The notes below the pieces were generated by a model. That model was not told the origin of the DNA and did not search any database. It was given only the letters and a program-made list of their open reading frames with translations. Made by a program: the position numbers and the translations under genes. From the IMG/VR virus record IMGVR_UViG_2825527155_000001: DNA of 64,000 nucleotides; one strand, 5' to 3'. This document shows positions 20,713-29,634 of this stretch, in pieces (position 1 is the stretch's first letter; each line of letters starts with the position of its first letter). Source of the DNA: an uncultured virus (IMG/VR IMGVR_UViG_2825527155_000001). Its lineage: Duplodnaviria; Heunggongvirae; Uroviricota; Caudoviricetes.

Positions 20713-22254
20713 ATGAAACAAAAACAACATGGCGTTATACTTATCATGATACTGATGATAATTACATATCTTATTAATAAAGTTGTGTTTGACAAAGACT
20801 CCTCTATTCCATTTCTTTCCACCTTGTCTTTTTTATTAATTTCTTTTTATTTATTAAGATGTAGAAACCTGACGCCACGCATTATTGGTTGCATTCTCAT
20901 TTTTTTACTGTCATCCGAGATTTCTTATTTCATCGTTTTCAGGGAACAGATATCTTTTGATATTATCAGCTCTATTGTGGAAACAAATCTTATCGAAACA
21001 AAAGGAATATTTTTAAGTGATGGTGTTAAAATTTTAGGAATAACGATTTTATTAACCTTAGTTATTACTTACGGGGTAAATAGATTTTATAAAAATCAGT
21101 TTTTTTTCAAATGGATTCCGAAAGCTGTAATTCTCTTATACACACTAGTTGCAATCCTTATAGTTAAGAATTTTTTACCGGAAAAAGATTATATTAAAGC
21201 GGGTATACAAGAATCACGCTCTACAATAGGCAAGCTGATTAAAAGTTACTTCCCCACCGTTATAGGTGACGTGGCATATTTTGCCAGTACAATGCTATTA
21301 AATGACCGCTATTCTAACACATCAATAATACCAGACTTCAACAAAGCTATAATCGGCAAAGAAGACAACGGTACTAATACTATTGTTATCGTAATGGGAG
21401 AATCTTCGCTATTTTCAAGGTACAGTATTTACGGGTATCCTAAGCCGACAAATCCAGAGTTACAAAAAATATTCACATACTCCCAATCATGCCTTGTCAA
21501 AAACGTTCATTCCAGTGCCCCTGATACGAGAGATTCTCTTGCAATGACATTCTCATTCAGTACACCAGAAAGCGATACCAACCTATTCAAGAATAAATCC
21601 ATTATAGAAATGGCAAAAGCTAATGGGTATAAAACCTGGTGGATTGGTTCTCAGGAACTTGAGGGATTATTCAGCTCAAAATATGGGTTTATTGCAAGGA
21701 AAAGCGACATTGTCAGACTGACAAATGGACATGATGAACATCTGGTACCAATGCTGACTGACGCGCTGGAAGATACGTCTGCCCCTAAAAAATTTATAAT
21801 AGTTCACCTGCTTGGCAACCATAAGCCTTACCATAACTACGATGCAGAAGATAAGGAAGCATTACCCGGAGCTGAAGAATACGATTTAACTATTCATAAA
21901 ACAGACAGAGTTGTTTCTTCATTATTCAATGATGTAGCAAAACACAGCGATAACTATATATTCCTCTATACCTCAGATCACGGAGAAGTGGTAAATAAAG
22001 GCCATGGACTTATGAAAGGCAAGGATCAATGGTACATACCTTTTCTGTACAAATCTACCAATAACAAATTTGGTTGTTCGTTCATTGAACAATTCAGAAA
22101 CAAGGATGGATGGCTGAGTAGTCTTATGAATAAATATATCCTTTCACGTCTCATTGGTTATACGCTTGATAAAAAAATTGTTAATAGCGAAATGAATAAC
22201 GACAGAGTGAAGGCAGCAAATGAAAAATCTGTCTTATTTAAAGATACAGAGTAA
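20713..22254 (+). CDS. Phosphoethanolamine transferase (sulfatase/alkaline phosphatase superfamily, OpgE/CptA-like)
   Basis: N-terminal TM segments; VIVMGES, catalytic Thr region PDTRDS, HLLGNH, YTSDHGE; start could be 20701. Confidence 0.85.
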   Translation: MKQKQHGVILIMILMIITYLINKVVFDKDSSIPFLSTLSFLLISFYLLRCRNLTPRIIGCILIFLLSSEISYFIVFREQISFDIISSIVETNLIETKGIFLSDGVKILGITILLTLVITYGVNRFYKNQFFFKWIPKAVILLYTLVAILIVKNFLPEKDYIKAGIQESRSTIGKLIKSYFPTVIGDVAYFASTMLLNDRYSNTSIIPDFNKAIIGKEDNGTNTIVIVMGESSLFSRYSIYGYPKPTNPELQKIFTYSQSCLVKNVHSSAPDTRDSLAMTFSFSTPESDTNLFKNKSIIEMAKANGYKTWWIGSQELEGLFSSKYGFIARKSDIVRLTNGHDEHLVPMLTDALEDTSAPKKFIIVHLLGNHKPYHNYDAEDKEALPGAEEYDLTIHKTDRVVSSLFNDVAKHSDNYIFLYTSDHGEVVNKGHGLMKGKDQWYIPFLYKSTNNKFGCSFIEQFRNKDGWLSSLMNKYILSRLIGYTLDKKIVNSEMNNDRVKAANEKSVLFKDTE

Positions 22255-22276
22255 AAAATAAATTTTTCAGTTCTTA

Positions 22277-22310
22277 AAAGCCCGTCGTAATCTACATGCC
22301 GGGCTTTTTT
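22277..22310. terminator. Bidirectional intrinsic terminator
   Basis: AAAAGCCCG-N15-CGGGCTTTTTT between convergent genes. Confidence 0.7.
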
Positions 22311-22324
22311 ATAAATTAAAATAT

Positions 22325-23179
22325 TTATTTGTGCAGACATAACATTTTCATCCTGTGAGAAAAGGTACGAATCGTTCGCTTTCCCTTGCATTTGAATAAG
22401 TCAAACCACTTGTTTTTACCCAGATAGTTTAACTTGATCATGTCAGGCCTGTAATAATAACACATCAGAAATATTCCCTGATCATCATCCACAATATTCT
22501 CTCTCAACACCTTCTTTTGGCAATGCCACACCAGTCGGTAAAGTTCTTGCCACTTTTCCAGCGTTCCGATCAGAACGCCACCGATGATATACACATGGTT
22601 ACCTAACATACAGTTGTACACTGATTCCAGTGTTTCAAGTTTAAGCCCTCTTCTGATCGTAAAAAAATGCATTTTTTCCTTATTGAAGGGCCAGGACCAC
22701 TTTTTTATTCCACTAGTGGTATCAGAATCTCTACAATATCCAAAATCAATCCAGGCAGCCATATCGTCTTTGATCAACCTCTGCCTGATAGCCTGATTTA
22801 CAAAGTATGTTTTCAGATTACAGAGTAAAACGTAATCAGCCGACAGATATTCTGGATTCCCCCGCTGCTCTACGGGTGTTCGGAGCTTAAACGCTACATC
22901 CGACTGTACAGAAGCGATCCGGCGCCTGATATGACGAAATTTCTTATTGAAATTTAATGTAACAATTGTTGTTGGTTTTCCTCTCCGGATTTCCTCAATT
23001 CTGGGTTTGAGATCGGGTGAAGTAAAAATAACCATCTCATTTTCGAGTTCAGCAAGATTGAAAAACCAAGCCATATATTCATCAGTAGTCCGCTCAATAC
23101 GGGGGGCAAACCCATTTTGCGATGTCCATTGACTTCTGCCTATATCAAAATAAGCAGTTACAATCGTTATTGTGGTCAT
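22325..23179 (-). CDS. HtrL/YibB-family (WlaTC-like) glycosyltransferase-like protein
   Basis: TIVTAYFDIGR, AWIDFGYCR, DDDQG motifs. Confidence 0.8.
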   Translation of the reverse strand: MTTITIVTAYFDIGRSQWTSQNGFAPRIERTTDEYMAWFFNLAELENEMVIFTSPDLKPRIEEIRRGKPTTIVTLNFNKKFRHIRRRIASVQSDVAFKLRTPVEQRGNPEYLSADYVLLCNLKTYFVNQAIRQRLIKDDMAAWIDFGYCRDSDTTSGIKKWSWPFNKEKMHFFTIRRGLKLETLESVYNCMLGNHVYIIGGVLIGTLEKWQELYRLVWHCQKKVLRENIVDDDQGIFLMCYYYRPDMIKLNYLGKNKWFDLFKCKGKRTIRTFSHRMKMLCLHK

Positions 23180-23269
23180 ACCTCTTTAAAAAGACCTGTA
23201 AATTTAAAACAATAGCACATACTAACATGCAAAATGATTAATATAAATCCTTTGTAAAATTGATAAGAA

Positions 23270-23834
23270 TATTAGTTGTGTCAGGTTCTCCACCAACCTG
23301 GCTTGGTGGTGTTTCTGGTTCCCTTGCCGTCCTCTGTAAACAATGGTGCGCTCCGGGTGCAGAAACACCACCGCCACTACTGTGTGTGATTGACTAAGGT
23401 TGTTACCCGTTGTCAGACTGATCGATTAGTATTCCCTTGCTTTATACTCTTACGTTGTTTCCGCCGTTGGTTGGCGGATTTTTTTTGCCTGTTATTGACA
23501 CCCGGTGTTTACCGTTAGCAGTATTAGCCCTGTCAGGTTGACCATTATCCTGACACGATGCAGTCCGGTTGTGCTGAGGGTTTTAGTGTGACAGGGACGG
23601 ACTGCATCAACCCAATGGTGGTGTTTCTGCCTTTATCCTGCTCCTTATACAGATGGTTCCATTATTAGTGCGAGCGCAGAAATACCACCGCCAACAAGCC
23701 TTTTTCCGCAGGCTTGTAATCAACGAATCACCGTTGTTAAGCTCCTTTTGCATGTTTCAGACTTACGTCCGAAATTTTGCAGCATGTGTTTCAACTGATG
23801 CAGGCAGGTAAGGCAGTTTTGAAACACTTTTTTT
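23270..23834 (+). ncRNA. Promoter/hairpin array block 3 (H1-H3, terminator-ended unit, H1-H2-H3, further unit with terminator)
   Basis: Promoter motifs at 23390, 23495 and 23714; hairpins 23305-23372, 23531-23555, 23557-23608, 23617-23689; terminators 23461-23486 and 23786-23834. Confidence 0.65.
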
Positions 23835-23895
23835 GGCTGCTATGTGCTTCGACGGCTTTCCTGTATTGGCTACGTTGAAGCGCTTTTTTTTGTTG

Positions 23896-24468
23896 TCAGG
23901 CTACAGGGGCCTCCGGCCATTCAGGTTTTGACGTATCAACACGGTTTACCAGAACACGGTATTTCTTCCACGCATTAAGCCGGGCTTTTTCTTCGTCTGT
24001 CGCTTCTTCCAGGTCAACTGCATCCTGAAGGGGGGCTATTTTATCTGTCGCCAGTTGCAGAAGTCGTTTTTTAGTCTCCTCCGCTTCACGAAGCCGGGCG
24101 GCTTTTTCTGCCTCTTCGTCTTTCACCCATTTTGTACCGTCCCATTTTTCATACTGACCGTCCGGGGAAATGGTCGTCACGTTTTCCGGTAATGGCCCCA
24201 GTTCAGAAATCCAGACCGCCTCCCCGGTATCCGTTCTGTATACCGTCTGCCCCCGGTGGTCTTCGACGACGTTCCAGGTGTTTTTTTCGCTGTCAAACAC
24301 CGCGACACTTCCTGCCGGGATTTCCGGTGGCTCAATATCCGTACAGTGAGCCGGTAATCCGGTGTGCGGTGGGATATACGCATCGCCCGCGCCAATAAAT
24401 TCGTTAGTATCTGAACGCAGATTATAAATTTTAATTGTCTGCGCTTTATCGCTCATTTTAAACGTCAT
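23896..24468 (-). CDS. tfa: Tail fibre assembly protein (Tfa)
   Basis: [13 protein letters not shown]...[10 protein letters not shown]...[19 protein letters not shown], lambda Tfa family. Confidence 0.92.
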   Translation of the reverse strand: MTFKMSDKAQTIKIYNLRSDTNEFIGAGDAYIPPHTGLPAHCTDIEPPEIPAGSVAVFDSEKNTWNVVEDHRGQTVYRTDTGEAVWISELGPLPENVTTISPDGQYEKWDGTKWVKDEEAEKAARLREAEETKKRLLQLATDKIAPLQDAVDLEEATDEEKARLNAWKKYRVLVNRVDTSKPEWPEAPVA

Positions 24469-24482
24469 TTTTTCACTCCGGA

Positions 24483-25292
24483 TTAAACGAGAGAATGCGC
24501 GTGCGAGCATTCTGTATGAAGTGGATGCCCGTGTGCGCCGATTTCTACACCGTGAGCGTGAGCACCGATACGGATATCAGACTGATGGCGCGGGCTGATG
24601 CAGACGCCGCCTGATTTTTTGCAATACGTTCTGTAATCACCAAAACCGATATATTCCGTTCTGGCGTTCGGACAAAGCGTCTGTGGACAGTATGCCGTTG
24701 TGCTGAATACAGCATTCTGGCGGTCGCTGGCGTATTGCCAGTTAATTTCCGTGGCACAGTTAATAAAACCATCCCACGCCAGCCTCATTTGCCGGGCGAC
24801 GCTTTCAGGGGGAACCTGACCACATCCGGCCCCCATGGCAGGGAACACAACTGATTTTATTTTTTTATATTCCGCCACACTTTTATTGTGCTGAAATATT
24901 GCCAGTAACGCCGCCCGTGTTGCGTTATAAACCGCGTCAGTACCGTCAATAATCAACGGAACGCGCATCGTCGGGGCGTGAATCAGCCACGGATGTTCGC
25001 CGTCACCGGTCTCAGTGATAAAGGCTGTGCCGACAGGCTGCTCTCCGAGATATTCCTGAATAATATATTTCTGAACGCGTCTTTGTAACTGAGTGCCGAA
25101 ATATGTCGTTATAGCGGCATCCACGCCACCATCCATCAGGCCAAAGCTGTTGGCTGCGCTGACCATACAATCAAATTCCGGTATGGTTTCAAACGGTTCG
25201 GGGATAATTTCCACATTGTCGGTATTCTGAAAATAACATTCAAATGCCGCCGCCATTGCAGGTTCAGGAGCGGATAAAATTAATTTAATCAT
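24483..25292 (-). CDS. Macro-domain (ADP-ribose binding/hydrolase) protein
   Basis: [32 protein letters not shown] macrodomain motifs. Confidence 0.88.
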   Translation of the reverse strand: MIKLILSAPEPAMAAAFECYFQNTDNVEIIPEPFETIPEFDCMVSAANSFGLMDGGVDAAITTYFGTQLQRRVQKYIIQEYLGEQPVGTAFITETGDGEHPWLIHAPTMRVPLIIDGTDAVYNATRAALLAIFQHNKSVAEYKKIKSVVFPAMGAGCGQVPPESVARQMRLAWDGFINCATEINWQYASDRQNAVFSTTAYCPQTLCPNARTEYIGFGDYRTYCKKSGGVCISPRHQSDIRIGAHAHGVEIGAHGHPLHTECSHAHSLV

Positions 25293-27097
25293 GCCAGCCT
25301 CACTATGTAGTTAAATGCAATGTTTTTAACTGTGGTTTCCGCATTACCGTCGGCGTCCACAATAACGACGTGGCCGTGTGGACCGATATACATGGTGTGC
25401 TCGTGTCCTCCGATATAAACTGTATGCGCATGGTCGCCAGCGGCCTGTGTCCAGGCACCATTTCCAGGCTGAAATGAGGTGTGATTTGAATCTCCCCAGT
25501 ATGAGTTGATATAACCGCCGAATTCGTGGGCGTGACCGCCGCCAGAACTGGAACTTTTCGTGCCATAGTCAAATGACGAGGTGCTCTTCGTTCCGAGATC
25601 CGTATCCTGTGCCCGCGCGGTGTGCGTGTGAGATTTGTTGCCGTCCTGTTCCTGTGACAATACCGCGCGACCGCTGGCCGGTTTGCCCTTAATCATCCAG
25701 CCGCGCATATCCGGAATAACACCATCCGGGTACGCCATCGCCAGTAGCGGATAAGCAGACTTATCAAACGTCTGCCCTTGCATCAGAACGTAACCTGCCG
25801 GAGTAGCATCAGATGGCCATGCAATCGCCGCCCCTACTGGATGCGAATCCGGAGGTGGGTTTAATGTGGTGTACAGCATTGCCCATTCGGACCACTCAGC
25901 ATCGGCGGTATCCCGATGGCTGCGAATATATGCGGGCGCTGGCGCACCATTTGTCCCGCTCCAGCCAATGAGGATTTCCCCATCACCGGTTCCGGTCAGA
26001 CGCAAAATATTCCCGTATTCCGTTGGATAGCCGTTGTTGTAGACCTCGCCCATGATGAGGCCGTTATCGCCGCCTCTTGTCGTGCCAGTCAGTACCGGAA
26101 GCGCACCACGTGATACCAGTCTGTTCGCTGCGACAGCCGTACCTGATGCAGGAAGCGCTCCGATATTTTGTACAAACATCGACTTATTCGGGATATCCGC
26201 GCCATTGGCGGCCTTATCCATTTTTCCGGCAAGCGCATTAGTCATTGTGGCTGCAAAGTTAGGATCATCACCTAACGCTGCAGCCAGCTCATTAAGAGTA
26301 TCCAGCGCCCCTGGAGATGAGTCGACAAGAGCTGCAATAGCCGATCTGACAAATGCCGTTGTTGCAAGTTGGGTGTCATTAGAACTCTGATCAGCAGTTG
26401 GAGCTGTAGGTTTCCCTGTGAAATTAGGGCTGTCCAGCTTAGCGTAAGCAAGCAGAACCTGTTTTATAAACGCGGTAGTCGCTATCTTTTGTGAATTATC
26501 AGATTCAGCGGTCGTTGGCGCTGTAGGCGTTCCTGTAAGGTTTGGGCTATCTAAATTTGCTTTCTTATCCAGCTCACCTTTCAGGCGCTTCGCCGAGACA
26601 GCAATAGCAGGGTCCAGACCCTCCCCAACCTCTTCAGCAGTCGCAAATCGGGAAACCCCAACAACGCTTTCTGATGCCGGAGGGTTAATAAATACAACAT
26701 CCCCAAATGTAATATTCGCAGTATCAATTGACTTAAAGGTTATATCACTGGATATCAACATAACTGTTGATGCTGATTTATTTATTATCGGTTCTGCCCT
26801 TGAGTAAACCGCAAATAATGTACCTTTATCAGTATACAACCCTACTGTATGTACAACATATTCATCTTTAGTATCATCTTTCGCTGTCACATGGATTGTA
26901 TCCGGTGATATCACCGCCCCACCGATACTTGCTATTCGTTTAATTTCATCATGAATATCAGTTTGTTCTGGTGAGGTGATATAATAACTGGAACCTATTC
27001 CAACTGATTTTATTTCAACCTTCCCGGTCCCGGTATTCGAGGCATTAATAATTGCCTGACGCCCGGCGTCAGTTATTGTGAATATTAATTTATCCAT
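25289..27097 (-). CDS. Tail fibre protein
   Basis: P2 gpH-like N-terminus, SPNxTGxPTAPT repeats, collar domain, His-rich C-terminus ending [12 protein letters not shown]. Confidence 0.93.
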   Translation of the reverse strand: MDKLIFTITDAGRQAIINASNTGTGKVEIKSVGIGSSYYITSPEQTDIHDEIKRIASIGGAVISPDTIHVTAKDDTKDEYVVHTVGLYTDKGTLFAVYSRAEPIINKSASTVMLISSDITFKSIDTANITFGDVVFINPPASESVVGVSRFATAEEVGEGLDPAIAVSAKRLKGELDKKANLDSPNLTGTPTAPTTAESDNSQKIATTAFIKQVLLAYAKLDSPNFTGKPTAPTADQSSNDTQLATTAFVRSAIAALVDSSPGALDTLNELAAALGDDPNFAATMTNALAGKMDKAANGADIPNKSMFVQNIGALPASGTAVAANRLVSRGALPVLTGTTRGGDNGLIMGEVYNNGYPTEYGNILRLTGTGDGEILIGWSGTNGAPAPAYIRSHRDTADAEWSEWAMLYTTLNPPPDSHPVGAAIAWPSDATPAGYVLMQGQTFDKSAYPLLAMAYPDGVIPDMRGWMIKGKPASGRAVLSQEQDGNKSHTHTARAQDTDLGTKSTSSFDYGTKSSSSGGGHAHEFGGYINSYWGDSNHTSFQPGNGAWTQAAGDHAHTVYIGGHEHTMYIGPHGHVVIVDADGNAETTVKNIAFNYIVRLA

Positions 27098-27151
27098 TTT
27101 AGTCCGTCATTAAATATCTATAGAAAAGACAAATATTAAAGAAGTGAATTA

Positions 27152-27733
27152 TTAACCCTCTCCAGTCAACCGGACATACGAGACAGACTGAAGACCACCA
27201 GCAATACCGATACCGCCTGAAATATTAGCCACCTGTGAGAATGAATATAATGTTCTGGCTGACTTAGCGTATTTTATGCTCCTTATTACATCATCAAGCA
27301 TCTCCTTCGAAGGTACAGCACCATCAAAGGAGTTAATTGAAGCAACAACAGAAGCCGTGTATGGTTCTCCACGAGGCGACTGTTCGAACCACTCCTTGAT
27401 ATCAACGACACCGCCAAGACTGCTGACAACGTCTTCAACGGCCGCTCTGGTCCCTTTTATGCGCTTAGTCCTGATAATGGATTTAAAAACAGAGCGTTTG
27501 AGAGAAACAGGCCAGTTATCCCGCCATGTGTCAGAGTTCCACTGCCATGCAAGATGGTCGAGAACCGCAGATTCAAGACCATCAATTAGCCCATATATAG
27601 TGGTTTTAGGGATTAATTTATTAATTGCATGTAGTTCGTCATCGATAGCTTTTGACATAGCTATCACATCAGGGTTTTGAGCTAAATTCTGAGGTAATAC
27701 ATCCAGCAAACTAATGTCTGAGATATCAACCAT
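27152..27733 (-). CDS. Phage tail protein I (P2 gpI-like)
   Basis: LDHLAWQW...KGTRAAV motif; position after baseplate J. Confidence 0.85.
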   Translation of the reverse strand: MVDISDISLLDVLPQNLAQNPDVIAMSKAIDDELHAINKLIPKTTIYGLIDGLESAVLDHLAWQWNSDTWRDNWPVSLKRSVFKSIIRTKRIKGTRAAVEDVVSSLGGVVDIKEWFEQSPRGEPYTASVVASINSFDGAVPSKEMLDDVIRSIKYAKSARTLYSFSQVANISGGIGIAGGLQSVSYVRLTGEG

Positions 27734-28850
27734 CTTCTAACCCTTCATATGTACATTCTATATTTCTTTCTCTTGCCGCCTGAATTTCACTAATTACAGT
27801 AAATACCGGACTGGTTATTTCAAGGCGTTTAGCCCCTGCATTTTTAAATCTCGATATTATTTCATCAGGGTTAATATCTCGCCCCATAACAGAACGCTGC
27901 CACAACTTATATTCTTCAAGTGCCTTACTGACTTCACTTTGAATTAAAGTAGCCCTGCTTTTATCATCTGTACTTATCCAGTATTTTATCGAAATATCAT
28001 AATCAACCTTGTCTGGCTTTTTGGGTATCACATGATCAGTAAACGGTCTGATATTAGTGGCGGAAAGAACATTACCTATCTGCTCCAGAAGCTCATCAGA
28101 TGGAATGTCACCGTTCTTAAGCAGACAACGAATCTCAACAGTTCCGGCCGCAGGCGTATAAACATTCACATCTTTGATGTTCTGGTTAGCGGTTCTTGTC
28201 CAGTATTTATAGGAATCCTCGGGCCCTGCCGTCGAAAGTTTTTCCGGTGACAGCTGAATGCGCTCAGCATAGTTATCATCATCCTCCTGATCAGCTCCAG
28301 AATTCGATTCCGTCAGATTACTGACGCTGGCCACATAGGGGAGAGGCGTTATCAGTGCATTAATCTGGCCGGGTAAAAAACCATTACCTGAAACACCAGG
28401 CATCAGGGCATGTCCTGAGACTGTCCCACTCAGTGAACCTGGCGGGATTTCAGTTAAAACATCAGTCTGAAAAATAACATTATTCCCGGTCGTAATCTGT
28501 GTACCTGCCGGGATGGTATAAGCTCCCGTCAATACTGTTGATAGCCTGAATTCAAACGTAGTGAGGGCCGACTGAGCCTCAAGCCTTGGAGTATCTGTCA
28601 TATAACCAAGATGATCGAGACTACTTTCTGTAGCATATGACAGCAGGTTTTGCTTTGCCGAATAATCAATTGCCTTACGTTGCTGAACGATAACCGAACA
28701 CAGCGACTGAATAAAAAGGCGTCGCGGATCTGCTGGCGCCAGTGTTTCACCTGTGATTGCCTCGAATCCTTTTATAGCCCGGGTAATGATTTGTGACGGA
28801 TCTGAGTCAGCAAAGGTAATATCGGGTAATCCCCCGCGAGGTAAATTCAT
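27726..28850 (-). CDS. Baseplate J/gp47 family protein
   Basis: LDHLG, GADQEDDDNYAERI, STAGP motifs. Confidence 0.9.
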   Translation of the reverse strand: MNLPRGGLPDITFADSDPSQIITRAIKGFEAITGETLAPADPRRLFIQSLCSVIVQQRKAIDYSAKQNLLSYATESSLDHLGYMTDTPRLEAQSALTTFEFRLSTVLTGAYTIPAGTQITTGNNVIFQTDVLTEIPPGSLSGTVSGHALMPGVSGNGFLPGQINALITPLPYVASVSNLTESNSGADQEDDDNYAERIQLSPEKLSTAGPEDSYKYWTRTANQNIKDVNVYTPAAGTVEIRCLLKNGDIPSDELLEQIGNVLSATNIRPFTDHVIPKKPDKVDYDISIKYWISTDDKSRATLIQSEVSKALEEYKLWQRSVMGRDINPDEIISRFKNAGAKRLEITSPVFTVISEIQAARERNIECTYEGLEDG

Positions 28851-29170
28851 CCTTTGACTCCTATAACCAGTTTCGGCCGTATAACGCCATCTGAAGCATT
28901 CGCCTTGTCAAAACTGACTGAATGGATAATCGCGCGAGGTTCAAACTCACTGACTTTCTGAATAATCTCTCGCGTGGCCATAGCAATAAAAACAGGTGTC
29001 TGGCTATCCACCAGACCGGACGTGACCCCCAGTTTTCGTGAATAGGGGACCGTACCAGTCTGAGTGACCAGAATTGTCGAGACATTCTGCAGAACTTCTT
29101 CAACAACAGTTTGTGGCGCCCAGTTAATACGATACGAAGACGCTGATACTGGCCAGGTGTCTTTGCTCAT
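28847..29170 (-). CDS. Baseplate wedge GpW/gp25-like protein
   Basis: T..GTVPYSRKLG...FEPRA motif. Confidence 0.8.
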   Translation of the reverse strand: MSKDTWPVSASSYRINWAPQTVVEEVLQNVSTILVTQTGTVPYSRKLGVTSGLVDSQTPVFIAMATREIIQKVSEFEPRAIIHSVSFDKANASDGVIRPKLVIGVKG

Positions 29171-29634
29171 AATAATTTTCCTAATGCACCTTTAGTTTTA
29201 GATTCAACATCACCCGCAATATCTACCAACGCTTCGGCGAGCGAGGCCTGACCCGACTCCAGTAGTTTGATACCCACGTTTATCACCCGGGGGTTTCCTG
29301 TCGGGCCAAAATATGTCCAGCCTTCATCAATGTCAGAAATCACAAAATTACCGAAATACTGGATACCAATGACAACCGGGTTAACCTCCTGTGCGCTATG
29401 CATAACTCGCAGTAATGACAACGCAGCCAGCGGCACTACACCAAGCGTTGTATCGAGGCGCATGGTAAAGCTAACCTCATCCAGATCCGGTCCAATATCT
29501 TCCAGAACCGGTTTGAGGCCGATAACTTCATGACGTGCCAGGCGGCGCTTTGATGAACGCTTAAAATTGGCGAACGTATTCACCACCATTGAGGACGCCA
29601 CAAACGGCATTGAGCCATACATGCCAACAATCAT
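29167..29634 (-). CDS. Phage tail protein (P2 GpU-like)
   Basis: RHEVIGLKPVLEDIGP motif; synteny. Confidence 0.8.
   Translation of the reverse strand: MIVGMYGSMPFVASSMVVNTFANFKRSSKRRLARHEVIGLKPVLEDIGPDLDEVSFTMRLDTTLGVVPLAALSLLRVMHSAQEVNPVVIGIQYFGNFVISDIDEGWTYFGPTGNPRVINVGIKLLESGQASLAEALVDIAGDVESKTKGALGKLL

Noticed and set aside
20713..22254. mcr-type colistin resistance gene
   Set aside because: Only superfamily motifs are shared; the sequence looks closer to OpgE/CptA-like enzymes, and a phylogeny would be needed
18363..23689. Array acting as a minus-strand RNA (the reverse complement is rich in GGA)
   Set aside because: Stem G-U pairs become A-C mismatches on the minus strand, and promoters and U-tracts face the + strand; not fully excluded
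18363..23834. CRISPR array interpretation of the repeats
   Set aside because: Repeats are inverted pairs enclosing loops, with irregular spacing and internal promoters and terminators; no uniform direct repeat-spacer period and no cas genes
23896..27097. Invertible tail-fibre cassette or diversity-generating retroelement
   Set aside because: No invertase or reverse transcriptase gene, and no inverted crossover sites or template repeat seen
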